From NCBI RefSeq assembly GCF_025993685.1, contig NZ_DAJPEN010000001.1, forward strand, positions 301,708-365,707: DNA of 64,000 nucleotides, written 5' to 3'. Positions 1 through 9,792 of this stretch are shown here, in pieces. Position numbers and translations under genes: made by a program. Below the pieces are notes generated by a model, which worked only from the letters and a program-made list of their open reading frames with translations, had not been told where the DNA came from and searched no databases. The number at the start of each line of letters is the position of its first letter. The stretch's first letter is position 1. Origin of the DNA: Bacteroides mediterraneensis. GTDB taxonomy: Bacteria > Bacteroidota > Bacteroidia > Bacteroidales > Bacteroidaceae.

Positions 1-809
1 TTGAAGGTGTCATATACGATTTTGTTCATGTCGAAATATACGTCCCAATAGTTTTCGGTCTTGGTCCAGACGCGTACTTTGATATCCACACTGCTGGCCG
101 ACAAAGCTCCCAGCCCGATGAAAGGAGCAGGAGTAGTCAGGATGCGGGTATCTGCCGCGATGATGCGTTCCAGTACAGCTTTTACTTTCTCAAAGTCTTC
201 TCCATATTCCACGCCGAACACCCATTCCGCACGGCGCATTTCCTGTTTGCTGTAGTTGGTGATGGCATTGCTGCTCAATGCGCCGTTGGGCACGTAAATG
301 ATACGGTTGTCTGTCGTAGCCAGGATGGTATGGAAAATCTGGATTTCCTTGACTGTTCCGCTGGCATTCTGTCCGTCGATGTAGTCGCCCACCTTGAACG
401 GCTTGAACACCAGGATTATCAGTCCTCCGGCAAAGTTTGACAGGTTGCCCGACAGTGCCATACCGATAGCCACACCGGCAGAGGCCAGGATGGCGGCAAA
501 GCTCGTGGTTTCTACGCCCAGCTTACTCACGATGGCAAATGCCAGAATCAGGTTCAACAAGATGTTGAGCAGACTTTTCAGGAAGGTCTGCACACTGATT
601 TCCAGTTTCCTTTTCTCCAGAATCTTGCTGACCAGCCGTCCGATTTGCTTGATGATGAACCGGCCTACAATGTAGATGATGATGGCTGCCAGAATGTCTT
701 TTCCCACTTCAATACCCCAGTTGAGCAGTTTGTCCAGAATTTGTTCCACATTGATTCTGGAAGCTGCCTTGCCTGCCTGTGCAGTTGCTTGTAATAATGT
801 AAGTAACAT
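1..809 (-). CDS. mscS: Small-conductance mechanosensitive channel (MscS family), 3' end runs off the window
   Basis: Read by hand from ATG at 809 (not in ORF track): MLLTLLQATAQAGK...; hydrophobic N-terminal helices, 'GVAIGMALSGNLSNFAGGLIILVFKPFKVGDYI' and 'IYVPNG' MscS signatures. Confidence 0.9.
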   Translation of the reverse strand, partial: MLLTLLQATAQAGKAASRINVEQILDKLLNWGIEVGKDILAAIIIYIVGRFIIKQIGRLVSKILEKRKLEISVQTFLKSLLNILLNLILAFAIVSKLGVETTSFAAILASAGVAIGMALSGNLSNFAGGLIILVFKPFKVGDYIDGQNASGTVKEIQIFHTILATTDNRIIYVPNGALSSNAITNYSKQEMRRAEWVFGVEYGEDFEKVKAVLERIIAADTRILTTPAPFIGLGALSASSVDIKVRVWTKTENYWDVYFDMNKIVYDTF

Positions 810-839
810 GATTTGATGATTAATTAATAATACAGTTAT

Positions 840-1451
840 TTATTCCTTCAATATACCTTTTCCCTCTCTGACAATTTCAGGTACTTCTTCACAACAATTT
901 ATCACGGTAGAAGGTTCAATGCCTCCTGTACCTCCGTCGATAATCAGGTCGGTCACACTGCCGAACTTTTCATCAATCAGTTCCGGGTCGGTGATGTATT
1001 CAATGTCCTCTCCCTTTTCCAGCGGAAGGGTAGTGGTCAGAATCGGGGCATCGAGCAGGCGGCAGATTTCGCGGATGATGGGGCTGTCGGGTACACGGAT
1101 ACCCACTTCTTTTCGGTTGCGGAAAATTTTGGGCAACCGGCTGTTGGCGTTCAGAATGAAGGTGAACGGACCGGGCAGGTTACGTTTCATCAGCTTGAAA
1201 GTGGCGTTGCTCACCTGTGCGTATTCGCTGATGTTGCTCAGGTCGTAGCAGATGATGGACAGGTTGTGCTTGCGCGGGTCGATATTTTTCAGCTTGCAGA
1301 TACGTTCGATGGGCCGTTCTTTCAAGGCGTGACACCCGATGGCATACACCGTATCGGTGGGATAGATAAGGATGCCGCCGTCGTTCAGCAGGTCTACCAC
1401 CCGCTGCAAGTCTTCCGGTCGGTTGTTCTTGGGATATAATTTCAGTATCAT
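840..1451 (-). CDS. Sua5/YrdC/YciO family protein (L-threonylcarbamoyladenylate synthase-like)
   Basis: 'YPTDTVYAIGC', 'LPGPFTFIL', 'VGIRVP', 'PSTVI' motifs; 203 aa. Confidence 0.9.
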   Translation of the reverse strand: MILKLYPKNNRPEDLQRVVDLLNDGGILIYPTDTVYAIGCHALKERPIERICKLKNIDPRKHNLSIICYDLSNISEYAQVSNATFKLMKRNLPGPFTFILNANSRLPKIFRNRKEVGIRVPDSPIIREICRLLDAPILTTTLPLEKGEDIEYITDPELIDEKFGSVTDLIIDGGTGGIEPSTVINCCEEVPEIVREGKGILKE

Positions 1452-1499
1452 GGTACGGGCACGAGGATGAGACTTCGTGTAACCGCAAAAATAAGAAAT

Positions 1500-3500
1500 T
1501 TATTTCTTTTTCTTCCGTAGTTCTTCCGCAATTCGATAATGGATGGCTGCTTCTATTTCTTTTCCGCTTTTTTCGAGTGCCTCGGCAAAATATTCATGGG
1601 CTCCCGCATGTTGGGGCTTCAGGCTGGTGGCCTTGTCCAGGTCGGTCAGGGCCTCTTCCGTTTTCCCCGTCAGCAGCCGGAGTTTTCCACGGTTGTACAC
1701 CGCCTTGAACTCCTGGGGACGGAGTTGTACGGCCCGGTTCAGGCATTCTTCCGCTTCTTCCACCCGGTCCTCGTCGAAGAAGGTCACTCCCTTGCGTACC
1801 CAGGCATCCACGTATTCCGGATACAGCTCCAAGGCCTTGTCGTAGTTGGCCTGTGCGGCCCGTGGGTCGTGTGCTTTGGTGATGCACTCGTTGCCCATCA
1901 GGTAGTATTCGCGGGCATACTTCTGCAGGTTCTGCCGTTGCTGCTGCATTTGCTCTTTAAGCTGTCGGTTTTCTTCCTTGAGCCGGTTGATGAGGCACAG
2001 TTTCCGGCGGATAAAACGTTGGATAAGTGGTTTTTCAATGTCGTATCGGTTGTGGATGGCCTTGAAGAAGGCTTCCAGAAATTCCGCAAACTCTCCTTTG
2101 TCGAAGGCTTTCACGGCTGCCACGTACTGGATATCGGCCTGTGCCTGTTTCATGGCCCGTTCAAAGGTCTGGTTGTCGTTGAAACGCTGGGCAAAGCTGA
2201 CGATTTCCGGGCGGACAAACACATCGGCCGGTGAGATGCGGCGTTTCAGCTGGATACCTTCGAGCGAAGTGCAGCGGCTCAGGGCCACGTACGCCTGTCC
2301 GCCGGCAAATACCCCTCCCGTGAAGTCGATGATGACCCGATTGAATGTGAGACCCTGGCTCTTGTGTACGGTGATGGCCCACGCCAGCCGGATGGGATAT
2401 TGGGTAAAGGTGCCCAGTTCTTCTTCCTCTATCTTCTTCTCCGTCTCGTTGTAGCGGTAGCGGATGTTGCTCCAGCTTTCCTTATGCACGTCAAACTCAC
2501 TGCCGTCTTCCGTCACCACATAGATTGTGCCATCGGCCGAGAGTCCCGACACGGTGCCGATGGTACCGTTCACCCAGCGTTTTTCCTGGTCGTTTTTGAT
2601 GAAAATCACCTGTGCACCCGGTTTGATGACCAGTTCCATGAGGGTGGGAAGGCTGCTTTCGGGGAACTCCCCGTGTATTTCTCCTTTCAGTGTGACCGGG
2701 TCGCCCGGCAGTTCTTCCAGCTTCTTTTCGTTGATGTAGTCCACGTTGTCCCGTCGGGTGGCCAGGGTGATGTAGAGGTCGTTCTCTTCCGGGCAGGGAG
2801 GTGCCGGGGTGTAACGGGTGTTCAGCAGTTGCAGGTCGGCAGCTCCGGCGGTGTTGGTCCGGATATGGTCGAGTACGCTGACAAACACCTTGTCGGTCTG
2901 CCGGTACACCTTGGTCAGCTCAATCGATACCAGTTCCATTTCCTGAAACACCTTGGCCGAGAAGAAATACGGGTTCGGATAGAAGCGGTTCAGAATCTCC
3001 CGTTCGTCACTTTTCACTACCGGCTCCAGCTGGAACACGTCGCCCACCAGCAACAGCTGTTTCCCGCCGAAGGGCTCACGCAGGTTGTGCGAGTAGGTGC
3101 GCAGCACCTTGTCAATAAAGTCGATGATGTCGGCCCGTACCATGGAAATCTCGTCGATGATGATGAGTTCAATGTTTTGAATCAGTTTCCGGTGGTCGGC
3201 CGAATATTTCAGGAAATCTTTCAGCTTCCGTCCCTGAAACTTCGGGTCGTCTGGCAGAAGCGGATGAAACGGGAGCTTGAAAAAGCTGTGCAGGGTGCTT
3301 CCGCCCGCATTGATGGCCGCAATACCCGTAGGAGCCAGTACCACATATTTCTTTTTGGTATGCTGGCAGACGTATTTCAGGAAAGTGGACTTACCCGTTC
3401 CCGCTTTTCCGGTCAGGAAGACCGACTGGCGGGTGTATTGGATGAGCTTCAGGGCGTTCTGAAATTCGGGGTTGTCGGTATCTATCAGGGTTGGAGTCAT
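1500..3500 (-). CDS. PIF1/RecD-like SF1B helicase with C-terminal coiled coil and TPR repeats
   Basis: Walker A 'GKAGTGKS', 'IIDEISM', 'PFGGKQLLLVGDVFQL', 'AWAITVHKSQG', 'YVALSR'; C-terminal TPR-like repeats. Confidence 0.9.
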   Translation of the reverse strand: MTPTLIDTDNPEFQNALKLIQYTRQSVFLTGKAGTGKSTFLKYVCQHTKKKYVVLAPTGIAAINAGGSTLHSFFKLPFHPLLPDDPKFQGRKLKDFLKYSADHRKLIQNIELIIIDEISMVRADIIDFIDKVLRTYSHNLREPFGGKQLLLVGDVFQLEPVVKSDEREILNRFYPNPYFFSAKVFQEMELVSIELTKVYRQTDKVFVSVLDHIRTNTAGAADLQLLNTRYTPAPPCPEENDLYITLATRRDNVDYINEKKLEELPGDPVTLKGEIHGEFPESSLPTLMELVIKPGAQVIFIKNDQEKRWVNGTIGTVSGLSADGTIYVVTEDGSEFDVHKESWSNIRYRYNETEKKIEEEELGTFTQYPIRLAWAITVHKSQGLTFNRVIIDFTGGVFAGGQAYVALSRCTSLEGIQLKRRISPADVFVRPEIVSFAQRFNDNQTFERAMKQAQADIQYVAAVKAFDKGEFAEFLEAFFKAIHNRYDIEKPLIQRFIRRKLCLINRLKEENRQLKEQMQQQRQNLQKYAREYYLMGNECITKAHDPRAAQANYDKALELYPEYVDAWVRKGVTFFDEDRVEEAEECLNRAVQLRPQEFKAVYNRGKLRLLTGKTEEALTDLDKATSLKPQHAGAHEYFAEALEKSGKEIEAAIHYRIAEELRKKKK

Positions 3501-3543
3501 GGGTTGTGGTTTTTAGAAGCAAAGATACAGACAAAAAGGCAAT

Positions 3544-3575
3544 AAAAAAAGCGCTTGGAAACCCAACCGCTTTTT
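3544..3575 (-). terminator. Probable intrinsic terminator downstream of the 30-aa small ORF
   Basis: A-tract, GCG-cTTGG / CCAAc-CGC imperfect stem, T-tract. Confidence 0.5.
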
Positions 3576-3653
3576 CGTCAGAATATTTACGAGAAGCCTT
3601 TCGGCATTTATCAGATTCATTCTTCAAATGCTGAACTTGTCAGCGCCGCCTGT

Positions 3654-3746
3654 TTATTTGCGTCTGTCGTCACTCAGCATTACATAGCCCCAGATCATTG
3701 GATCTGCATTGGCAATCTTGTGGAAAATGTTTTTTACCTTTTTCAT
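3654..3746 (-). CDS. Small hypothetical protein, 30 aa (MKKVKNIFHKIANADPMIWGYVMLSDDRRK)
   Basis: ATG at 3746 with AT-rich upstream sequence, TAA at 3654-3656; upstream TATCTTTG promoter element and downstream hairpin. Confidence 0.6.
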   Translation of the reverse strand: MKKVKNIFHKIANADPMIWGYVMLSDDRRK

Positions 3747-3894
3747 AATTGTTACCCTTTCTTTTTTTAGTTAGTTTAATTAAATCTTCTGGCGGGCTTC
3801 CCAGCTGGCCTTGTTGTACTTGTTACCTAATTTATAATTACCTATGAAAACTTTTTGTGGGCCTCTTTCTTATTGCCCTTTTCTTTTTACACCA

Positions 3895-3902
3895 CAAAGA
3901 TA
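3895..3902 (-). promoter_or_regulatory. Bacteroidetes sigma-A -7 element (TATCTTTG) upstream of the small ORF
   Basis: Matches the TAnnTTTG consensus on the minus strand. Confidence 0.5.
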
Positions 3903-4065
3903 GGGCTTTCTTTTTTACGAAATATGTTTTATAGCATATTTTTCAAGTAAAGGCCCGATTTGTTGATGTAAATCAAATCCGAGGGTGGAATTAGTGCTTT
4001 TCGGTTACATTCTTCTCCTTCTCTCCCGAAAAACTTGTAACTTTGCTTCCGTTTTTGGAAGATTT

Positions 4066-5445
4066 ATGACAGTAAGAATCAACAATCAATACGAAGAGCG
4101 CCTGGGAACAGAACGGATGCTTCCCCTCATTTTCAAGATGGCGTTGCCGGCAGTGGCCGCACAGTTTGTCAATCTCCTATATAATATAGTAGACCGCATT
4201 TATATCGGACACATTCCCGAAATCGGGACGAATGCGCTGGCGGGAGTGGGAGTGACCACCTCCCTGGTCATTCTGATTTCCTCTTTTTCGGCCATTGTGG
4301 GGGCCGGAGGTGCCCCGCTGGCTGCCATGGCGTTGGGACAGGGCGACCGGGTGCGTGCGGGAAAGATTCTGGGCAATGGTTTCATGCTGCTGATACTGTT
4401 TACCGTCCTCACTTCGCTGGTGTCTTATCTGTGCATGGAGCCCATCTTGAAGTTTGCAGGGGCTTCTGCCGTTACGCTCCCTTATGCCGAAGATTATCTT
4501 TCGGTGTATTTGCTGGGTACGCTGTTCGTGGAAGTTTCTACCGGACTCAATACCTTCATCAATTCACAGGGACGTCCCAGCATCGCCATGTATTCTGTGC
4601 TGATTGGAGCTTTGCTGAATATCGTGCTCGACCCGATTTTCATCTTCTGGTTCGACATGGGCGTGAAGGGAGCGGCACTGGCCACCATCCTCTCACAGGC
4701 CTGCAGTGCTTGCTGGGTACTGGGTTTCCTGTGTTCCGACCGGGCTTCCCTGCGTTTGGAAAAACGCTACTTGAAGTTCGACCGCCGCATTGTGGGTGGT
4801 ATGCTGGCTTTGGGCGTGTCTCCTTTCATCATGGCCAGCACGGAAAGTCTGGTAGGCTTCGTGCTGAACGGCAGTCTGGAGAAATTTGGCGATATCTATG
4901 TGGGCGCTTTGGCCATTCTGCAAAGTGCCATGCAACTGGTCAGCGTGCCGCTCACCGGCTTTGCCCAAGGTTTTGTGCCGGTGGCCAGTTACAACTACGG
5001 GCATGGCGACCGGCAGCGGGTGAAAGACTGTTTCCGGATTGTGCTGACGGTGATGTTCTCCTTCAATTTCGTCCTGATGCTGCTGATGATTTGTTTCCCG
5101 TCCGTAGTGGCTTCTGCTTTTACGAGCGACCGCGAACTGATTGCCACCGTGGAGCATGTGTTGCCGATTTTCCTCGCCGGAATGACTATCTTCGGCCTGC
5201 AGCGTGCCTGTCAGAACATGTTTGTCGCCCTTGGCCAAGCCCGGATTTCCATTTTTATCGCCTTGCTCCGTAAGGTCATTCTGCTGGTACCTCTTGCCTT
5301 GGTGCTGCCCCGTTTCTTCGATGTGGAAGGCGTGTTTCTGGCTGAGGCTGTTTCAGATGCCACAGCCGCCATCTGCTGCACCCTGCTCTTCTTCTGGCAG
5401 TTCCCGAAGATACTCCGCAAGGCTCCGATTCCCTTGAAAAAATAG
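4066..5445 (+). CDS. MATE family efflux transporter
   Basis: 'LLYNIVDRIYIG', 'LNIVLDPIFIF...MGVKGAALAT'; about 12 TM helices. ATG 4066 preferred over GTG 3985 because a TAACTTTG promoter element lies at ~4038-4045. Confidence 0.92.
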   Translation: MTVRINNQYEERLGTERMLPLIFKMALPAVAAQFVNLLYNIVDRIYIGHIPEIGTNALAGVGVTTSLVILISSFSAIVGAGGAPLAAMALGQGDRVRAGKILGNGFMLLILFTVLTSLVSYLCMEPILKFAGASAVTLPYAEDYLSVYLLGTLFVEVSTGLNTFINSQGRPSIAMYSVLIGALLNIVLDPIFIFWFDMGVKGAALATILSQACSACWVLGFLCSDRASLRLEKRYLKFDRRIVGGMLALGVSPFIMASTESLVGFVLNGSLEKFGDIYVGALAILQSAMQLVSVPLTGFAQGFVPVASYNYGHGDRQRVKDCFRIVLTVMFSFNFVLMLLMICFPSVVASAFTSDRELIATVEHVLPIFLAGMTIFGLQRACQNMFVALGQARISIFIALLRKVILLVPLALVLPRFFDVEGVFLAEAVSDATAAICCTLLFFWQFPKILRKAPIPLKK

Positions 5446-5510
5446 ATTTTGTGGAATGATAGGGTAAATTCATTGAAACACAAGTAGATAAATGGTGAAA
5501 TATATAGGTG

Positions 5511-5605
5511 TATTCTCTGTCCCACAGTGTGGGATACAAAAACCACAGTGTGGGATACATATTTCACACTGTGAAACACAAATCCCGCACTGTGAAACAG
5601 AGAAT
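5511..5605. repeat. Intergenic palindromic array: 4 units at 21-bp period (core CACAGTGTG/CACACTGTG) within terminal inverted repeats
   Basis: Cores start at 5523, 5544, 5565, 5586; ends tattctctgtcccacagtg / cactgtgaaacagagaata match 17/19 as an inverted repeat. Confidence 0.85.
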
Positions 5606-5735
5606 ATAAAGGGGCATTTACAGTTATTCTTGCGGGTGTTTGATTTGATAAATGGGATTGTGGAAAAATAATCGGATGAAATGAGGAAAATGTGAAGTTG
5701 GATAATTATAAATGCGTACCATACTCATACAGAAT

Positions 5736-5915
5736 ATGAATCATCCAATTTTGTCCTCTGCTTTTACCCTCATCGCGGTCATCAACCACGGGTATTGGGC
5801 TATTGACTTTTTCTTTATACTTTCGGACTTTGTCATCGGCTATGCTTACGACGACCGATGGAAGAAGAATCTGATTTTGAAGGGTTTCTCAAATGTTAGA
5901 TTGATTAGAGTATAG
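5736..5915 (+). pseudogene. Truncated, internally deleted duplicate of the acyltransferase gene at 25184
   Basis: MNHPILSSAF|TLIAVINHGYWAIDFFFILSDFVIGYAYDDRWKKNL versus MNHPISSSAF...TLITVINHGYLAVDFFFILSGFVIGYAYDDRWKKNL; 36 codons missing; early stop. Confidence 0.9.
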
Positions 5916-6392
5916 GGTTGATTTCATGTTGTGAGATTAATCGTGTGTGTTGTTTTTTGTATGAGTAATGGTCTTCATGCAGTTAGAAGCCTGCAAGCTT
6001 GTGGGGTATTTTCGTGCACTACTTCTTTTTAATGTCAACAAATGTTGTTCAAAGGTATATCTGAATTTATTCTTACATGTCTATTAATTTTACGGTGGGA
6101 CGGCATTATCGTTGTGGATTTTTAAATTGGCTATGAGGTTTGAAAGAATTTACGTCAAATGAGTGTTGTATGTAACAAGGGGAAATTAATTCTTGTGTAT
6201 ACTCTTTTTTTGTAGTGAAAATTGAAAATAAAAAAAATAACTATATAACCTGCTGCAAAAGAATAATTTGCATTATGGAAAGCTAAAAATTAAATTAGTG
6301 TATATTGACGGATTTTGTATTGATATAATTACCAAAAATGGTTTTTATAAATAAATATATATTTATGAATTTTGATATTGAAAAAATATATG

Positions 6393-6400
6393 TATATTTG
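6393..6400 (+). promoter_or_regulatory. Putative PUL promoter -7 element (TATATTTG)
   Basis: TAnnTTTG with TTTG at 6371-6374 upstream; about 150 nt before the susC start. Confidence 0.5.
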
Positions 6401-6551
6401 CAAACAATAGAACTATCATGTTAAGATAGCTATACCTTAAATATCACTAATATTATAAAAAGATACATGAAATAGATAGAAAAGCACAAATAATAGGCTA
6501 AATAGTCGTGGAGCCTAAGTTTTATAAATTACCACTTTAAGTATAATACTT

Positions 6552-9500
6552 ATGATAAAAAACTTCAAAACAGTCAGTATGATGCTGTTACTCGGTTCTA
6601 TGAGTACAGGATTGACGCATGCTGCATTCGAGACGAGTGTGGCAGGAACAAATGTTGTTCAGCAAAATAATGTATGTAAAGGTATTGTGAAGGATGCAAA
6701 CGGTGAAACCGTCATTGGTGCATCTGTAGTTGTCAAAGGAACAACTAATGGTACAATTACCGGATTAGATGGAGATTTTGAACTTTCTAATGTAAAAAAA
6801 GGTGCAACGATTCAGATTTCTTTTGTTGGGTATCAGACCAAGGAAATAGTTTGGAATGGAAGTTCCCTAACTGTGGAACTTAAAGATGACTCGCAAGTTC
6901 TTGATGAAGTAGTTGTTGTAGGCTTTGGTACTCAGAAGAAGGTAAATCTTACTGGTTCGGTATCTACGGTTGGGGCAGAGGAATTATCATCAAGACCTGT
7001 TTCTAATGTCAGTCAGGCATTGCAAGGACTTGTTCCAGGTATGAACTTCGGATATTCTTCAGATGGTAATGGTGGCCAGTTGGGACAGGAAATGACAGTA
7101 AACATTCGAGGCGCGGGTACAATCGGCAGCGGTTCAAATTCTTCTCCGTTGATTCTTATTGATGGAATGGAAGGTAATATGAACATGTTGAATCCTCAGG
7201 ATATCGAAAGTATTTCTGTTTTGAAGGATGCCGCTGCTTCTTCTATTTACGGTTCTCGTGCTCCTTTTGGTGTGGTTTTGATTACGACAAAGAAAGGTAA
7301 AGCCGGAAAAATGAACATCAATTACAATAATAACTTCCGTTGGTCTCAGGCTATTAACATGCCGAAGGTTGCCGATTCTTATACGTATGCTTCTTATTTT
7401 AACAGAATGTTGACTAATGATGGTAGTACCGCATACTTTGATGAAACGCGTATGCAGCGTATTCGCGACTATCTGGATGGCACATTAACTCAAACGACTT
7501 TCCCGAGCAAAGATAACGGAAATAGATGGGACTGGATTGGTAATACCAATACAGACTGGTATGATGTAGTCTTTGGAGGAACGGCATTTTCACAGGAACA
7601 TTCTATCAGTGCCAATGGAGGTACGGAGAAAATCCAATACTATTTCTCTGCAAACTATATGAATCAGGAAGGTATGTTAAGGGTGAAAAGAGACGACTTA
7701 AAGCGTTATACCGTAACGGGTAAAATTACGGCTCAGCTTTTCCCGTGGCTTAACATGACCTATAATACTAAATATATGCGTAGAGACCTGACTCAGCCAA
7801 CGGCCGCTAATGATTACACGATGTATCATAATATAGCCAAGAGATGGCCGATGGAACCCGTATATGATCCTAATGGTCACTATATGTCTGGTACATTGAT
7901 AAATAATGTGTTATACGGAGGTGATGTGGATACACAGACTGATTGGTTGTACCAGCAGTTCCAGATTGTGGCTGAACCGATTAAGAACTGGAAGATTTTT
8001 GCAGAAATCAATTATAAGACTATCGATGAATTTGCACATACTTCTACCTTGAAGGTTCCGCAGTGGCAGGTCGATAATACATCTTATTATATTGATGGAT
8101 GGACAACTAATAAAGTAACGGAACGCACGGAAAGAACAAATTATTTTAATACTAACATCTATTCTGATTATGCACATACATTTAATGATGCCCATAATTT
8201 GAAGGTAATGGTTGGTTTCCAGGCTGAATCCAATAAATGGCGTCAGTTGCAGGCAACTGCACAAGACTTGATTTCAGAGGAAGTGCCAAATATTAATGCA
8301 GCCACCGGAAAGCAGACGATTGATAAGTCTCAATTAACTCAGTGGGCCACAGCCGGTTTCTTTGGGCGAATAAACTATGACTATAAAGAAAGATATTTGT
8401 TTGAAGTAAATATGCGTTACGATGGAACTTCTCGTTTCGCAAGAGACCAGAGATGGAATGTGTTTCCTTCATTCTCTGCAGGTTGGAATATAGCACGTGA
8501 AGAGTTCATGCAAGATTATAGCCATATTGTAAACAATCTGAAGATTCGTGGATCTTGGGGTGAATTGGGAAACCAAAATACCACTAACTTGTATCCGTAT
8601 ATTCAGCTGATGAAATTTGTGGCTGCCGATCCAGATTCAAACTGGCTTATTAATGGTGAAAGACCGAATACGGCCAATGCACCTAACCTGATTTCGGCTT
8701 TGTTGGGATGGGAAACCATGCGTTCTTGGAATATTGGATTCGATTTGGGTATGTTCAATAATCGGTTGACGATGAGTTTTGACTTCTTTAACCGTAAAAC
8801 ACTGGATATGGTGGGGCCTGCTCCGGAACTTCCGGTTATTTTGGGAGCTGATGTACCGCAAATGAACAATGCGGATATGCAGTCTGTAGGTTTTGAACTC
8901 GATTTGGGCTGGCAGGACCGTATCCGTGACTTCAGTTATAATGTACATTTCCTGTTGTCTGACGACCGCCAGAAGATTCTTAAGTATCCGAATCCAACTG
9001 GCAACCTGTCTACATGGAACGCAGGTCATTATATGGGAGAAATTTGGGGACTTGAAACCATCGGTATAGCAAAAAGCCAGGAGGAAATGGATACTCATCT
9101 TGCTTCATTGCCTAATGGAGGCCAGGATGCGATTGGTACGAAATGGGGTGCAGGTGATATCATGTACCGGGATATTAATGGAGATGGCCGTATTACGGAA
9201 GGTTCTACGTTATCCGATCCGGGAGATAGAAGAATTATTGGAAATAACTCACCGCGATTCAGATTTGGATTGGACTTGGGTGCTCAGTGGAAAGGTTTCG
9301 ATTTGCGTATCTTCTTCCAAGGTGTTATGAAACGTGATGCTTGGCTAGGTGACAACATGTTCTGGGGAGCTAATGGTGGTATGTGGCAGGCTACTTGCTT
9401 TACTTCACATTTGGATTATTTTAGACCGGAAGGTGACCCTGAAGGTGCAAATTTGGATGCTTATTTCCCGAGACCGTTGGCAAACAACTATGGAAAGAAC

Positions 9501-9779
9501 CAGAAAACTCAAACAGGCTATTTACAAAATGCAGCATATATGCGTTTGAAGAATCTACAGATAGGTTATACTTTACCAAATCGCATTACACAGAAAGTTG
9601 GTATGTCGAATGTTCGTATCTTCTTCTCAGGAGAAAACTTGTTTACTGTATCAGGATTGCCTGATGGCTTTGATCCGGAAACAATCTATTCTGGTTATGG
9701 TGCTAGTTGGGGAGTTCAGTCTGGTAAATCTTACCCACTTTCACGTACATTCTCAACAGGTATTAGTGTAAACTTCTAA
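6552..9779 (+). CDS. susC: SusC/RagA family TonB-dependent transporter
   Basis: 'LDEVVVVGFGTQKKVNLTGSV', 'SISVLKDAAASSIYGSRAPFGVVLITTKKG', C-terminal 'YPLSRTFSTGISVNF'. Confidence 0.97.
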   Translation: MIKNFKTVSMMLLLGSMSTGLTHAAFETSVAGTNVVQQNNVCKGIVKDANGETVIGASVVVKGTTNGTITGLDGDFELSNVKKGATIQISFVGYQTKEIVWNGSSLTVELKDDSQVLDEVVVVGFGTQKKVNLTGSVSTVGAEELSSRPVSNVSQALQGLVPGMNFGYSSDGNGGQLGQEMTVNIRGAGTIGSGSNSSPLILIDGMEGNMNMLNPQDIESISVLKDAAASSIYGSRAPFGVVLITTKKGKAGKMNINYNNNFRWSQAINMPKVADSYTYASYFNRMLTNDGSTAYFDETRMQRIRDYLDGTLTQTTFPSKDNGNRWDWIGNTNTDWYDVVFGGTAFSQEHSISANGGTEKIQYYFSANYMNQEGMLRVKRDDLKRYTVTGKITAQLFPWLNMTYNTKYMRRDLTQPTAANDYTMYHNIAKRWPMEPVYDPNGHYMSGTLINNVLYGGDVDTQTDWLYQQFQIVAEPIKNWKIFAEINYKTIDEFAHTSTLKVPQWQVDNTSYYIDGWTTNKVTERTERTNYFNTNIYSDYAHTFNDAHNLKVMVGFQAESNKWRQLQATAQDLISEEVPNINAATGKQTIDKSQLTQWATAGFFGRINYDYKERYLFEVNMRYDGTSRFARDQRWNVFPSFSAGWNIAREEFMQDYSHIVNNLKIRGSWGELGNQNTTNLYPYIQLMKFVAADPDSNWLINGERPNTANAPNLISALLGWETMRSWNIGFDLGMFNNRLTMSFDFFNRKTLDMVGPAPELPVILGADVPQMNNADMQSVGFELDLGWQDRIRDFSYNVHFLLSDDRQKILKYPNPTGNLSTWNAGHYMGEIWGLETIGIAKSQEEMDTHLASLPNGGQDAIGTKWGAGDIMYRDINGDGRITEGSTLSDPGDRRIIGNNSPRFRFGLDLGAQWKGFDLRIFFQGVMKRDAWLGDNMFWGANGGMWQATCFTSHLDYFRPEGDPEGANLDAYFPRPLANNYGKNQKTQTGYLQNAAYMRLKNLQIGYTLPNRITQKVGMSNVRIFFSGENLFTVSGLPDGFDPETIYSGYGASWGVQSGKSYPLSRTFSTGISVNF

Positions 9780-9792
9780 AAATGGAATATAT

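Noticed and set aside
2364..3545. 393-aa plus-strand ORF
   Set aside because: Antisense shadow of the helicase gene with no recognisable motifs.
3555..3770. 71-aa plus-strand ORF (and the 78-aa minus ORF 3391-3627)
   Set aside because: Weak starts and no supporting signals; the 30-aa minus-strand ORF has better promoter, start and terminator context.
5511..5605. Short periodic repeats (also 39744, 53056, 59407) as CRISPR arrays
   Set aside because: Units abut at 21-22 bp with no unique 30-40-bp spacers, and no cas genes are present.
5712..5915. 67-aa ORF as a functional small protein
   Set aside because: It is a deleted and truncated fragment of the acyltransferase at 25184.
5916..6551. 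Invertible (phase-variable) promoter for the PUL
   Set aside because: No convincing inverted-repeat pair flanking the promoter and no recombinase gene nearby.
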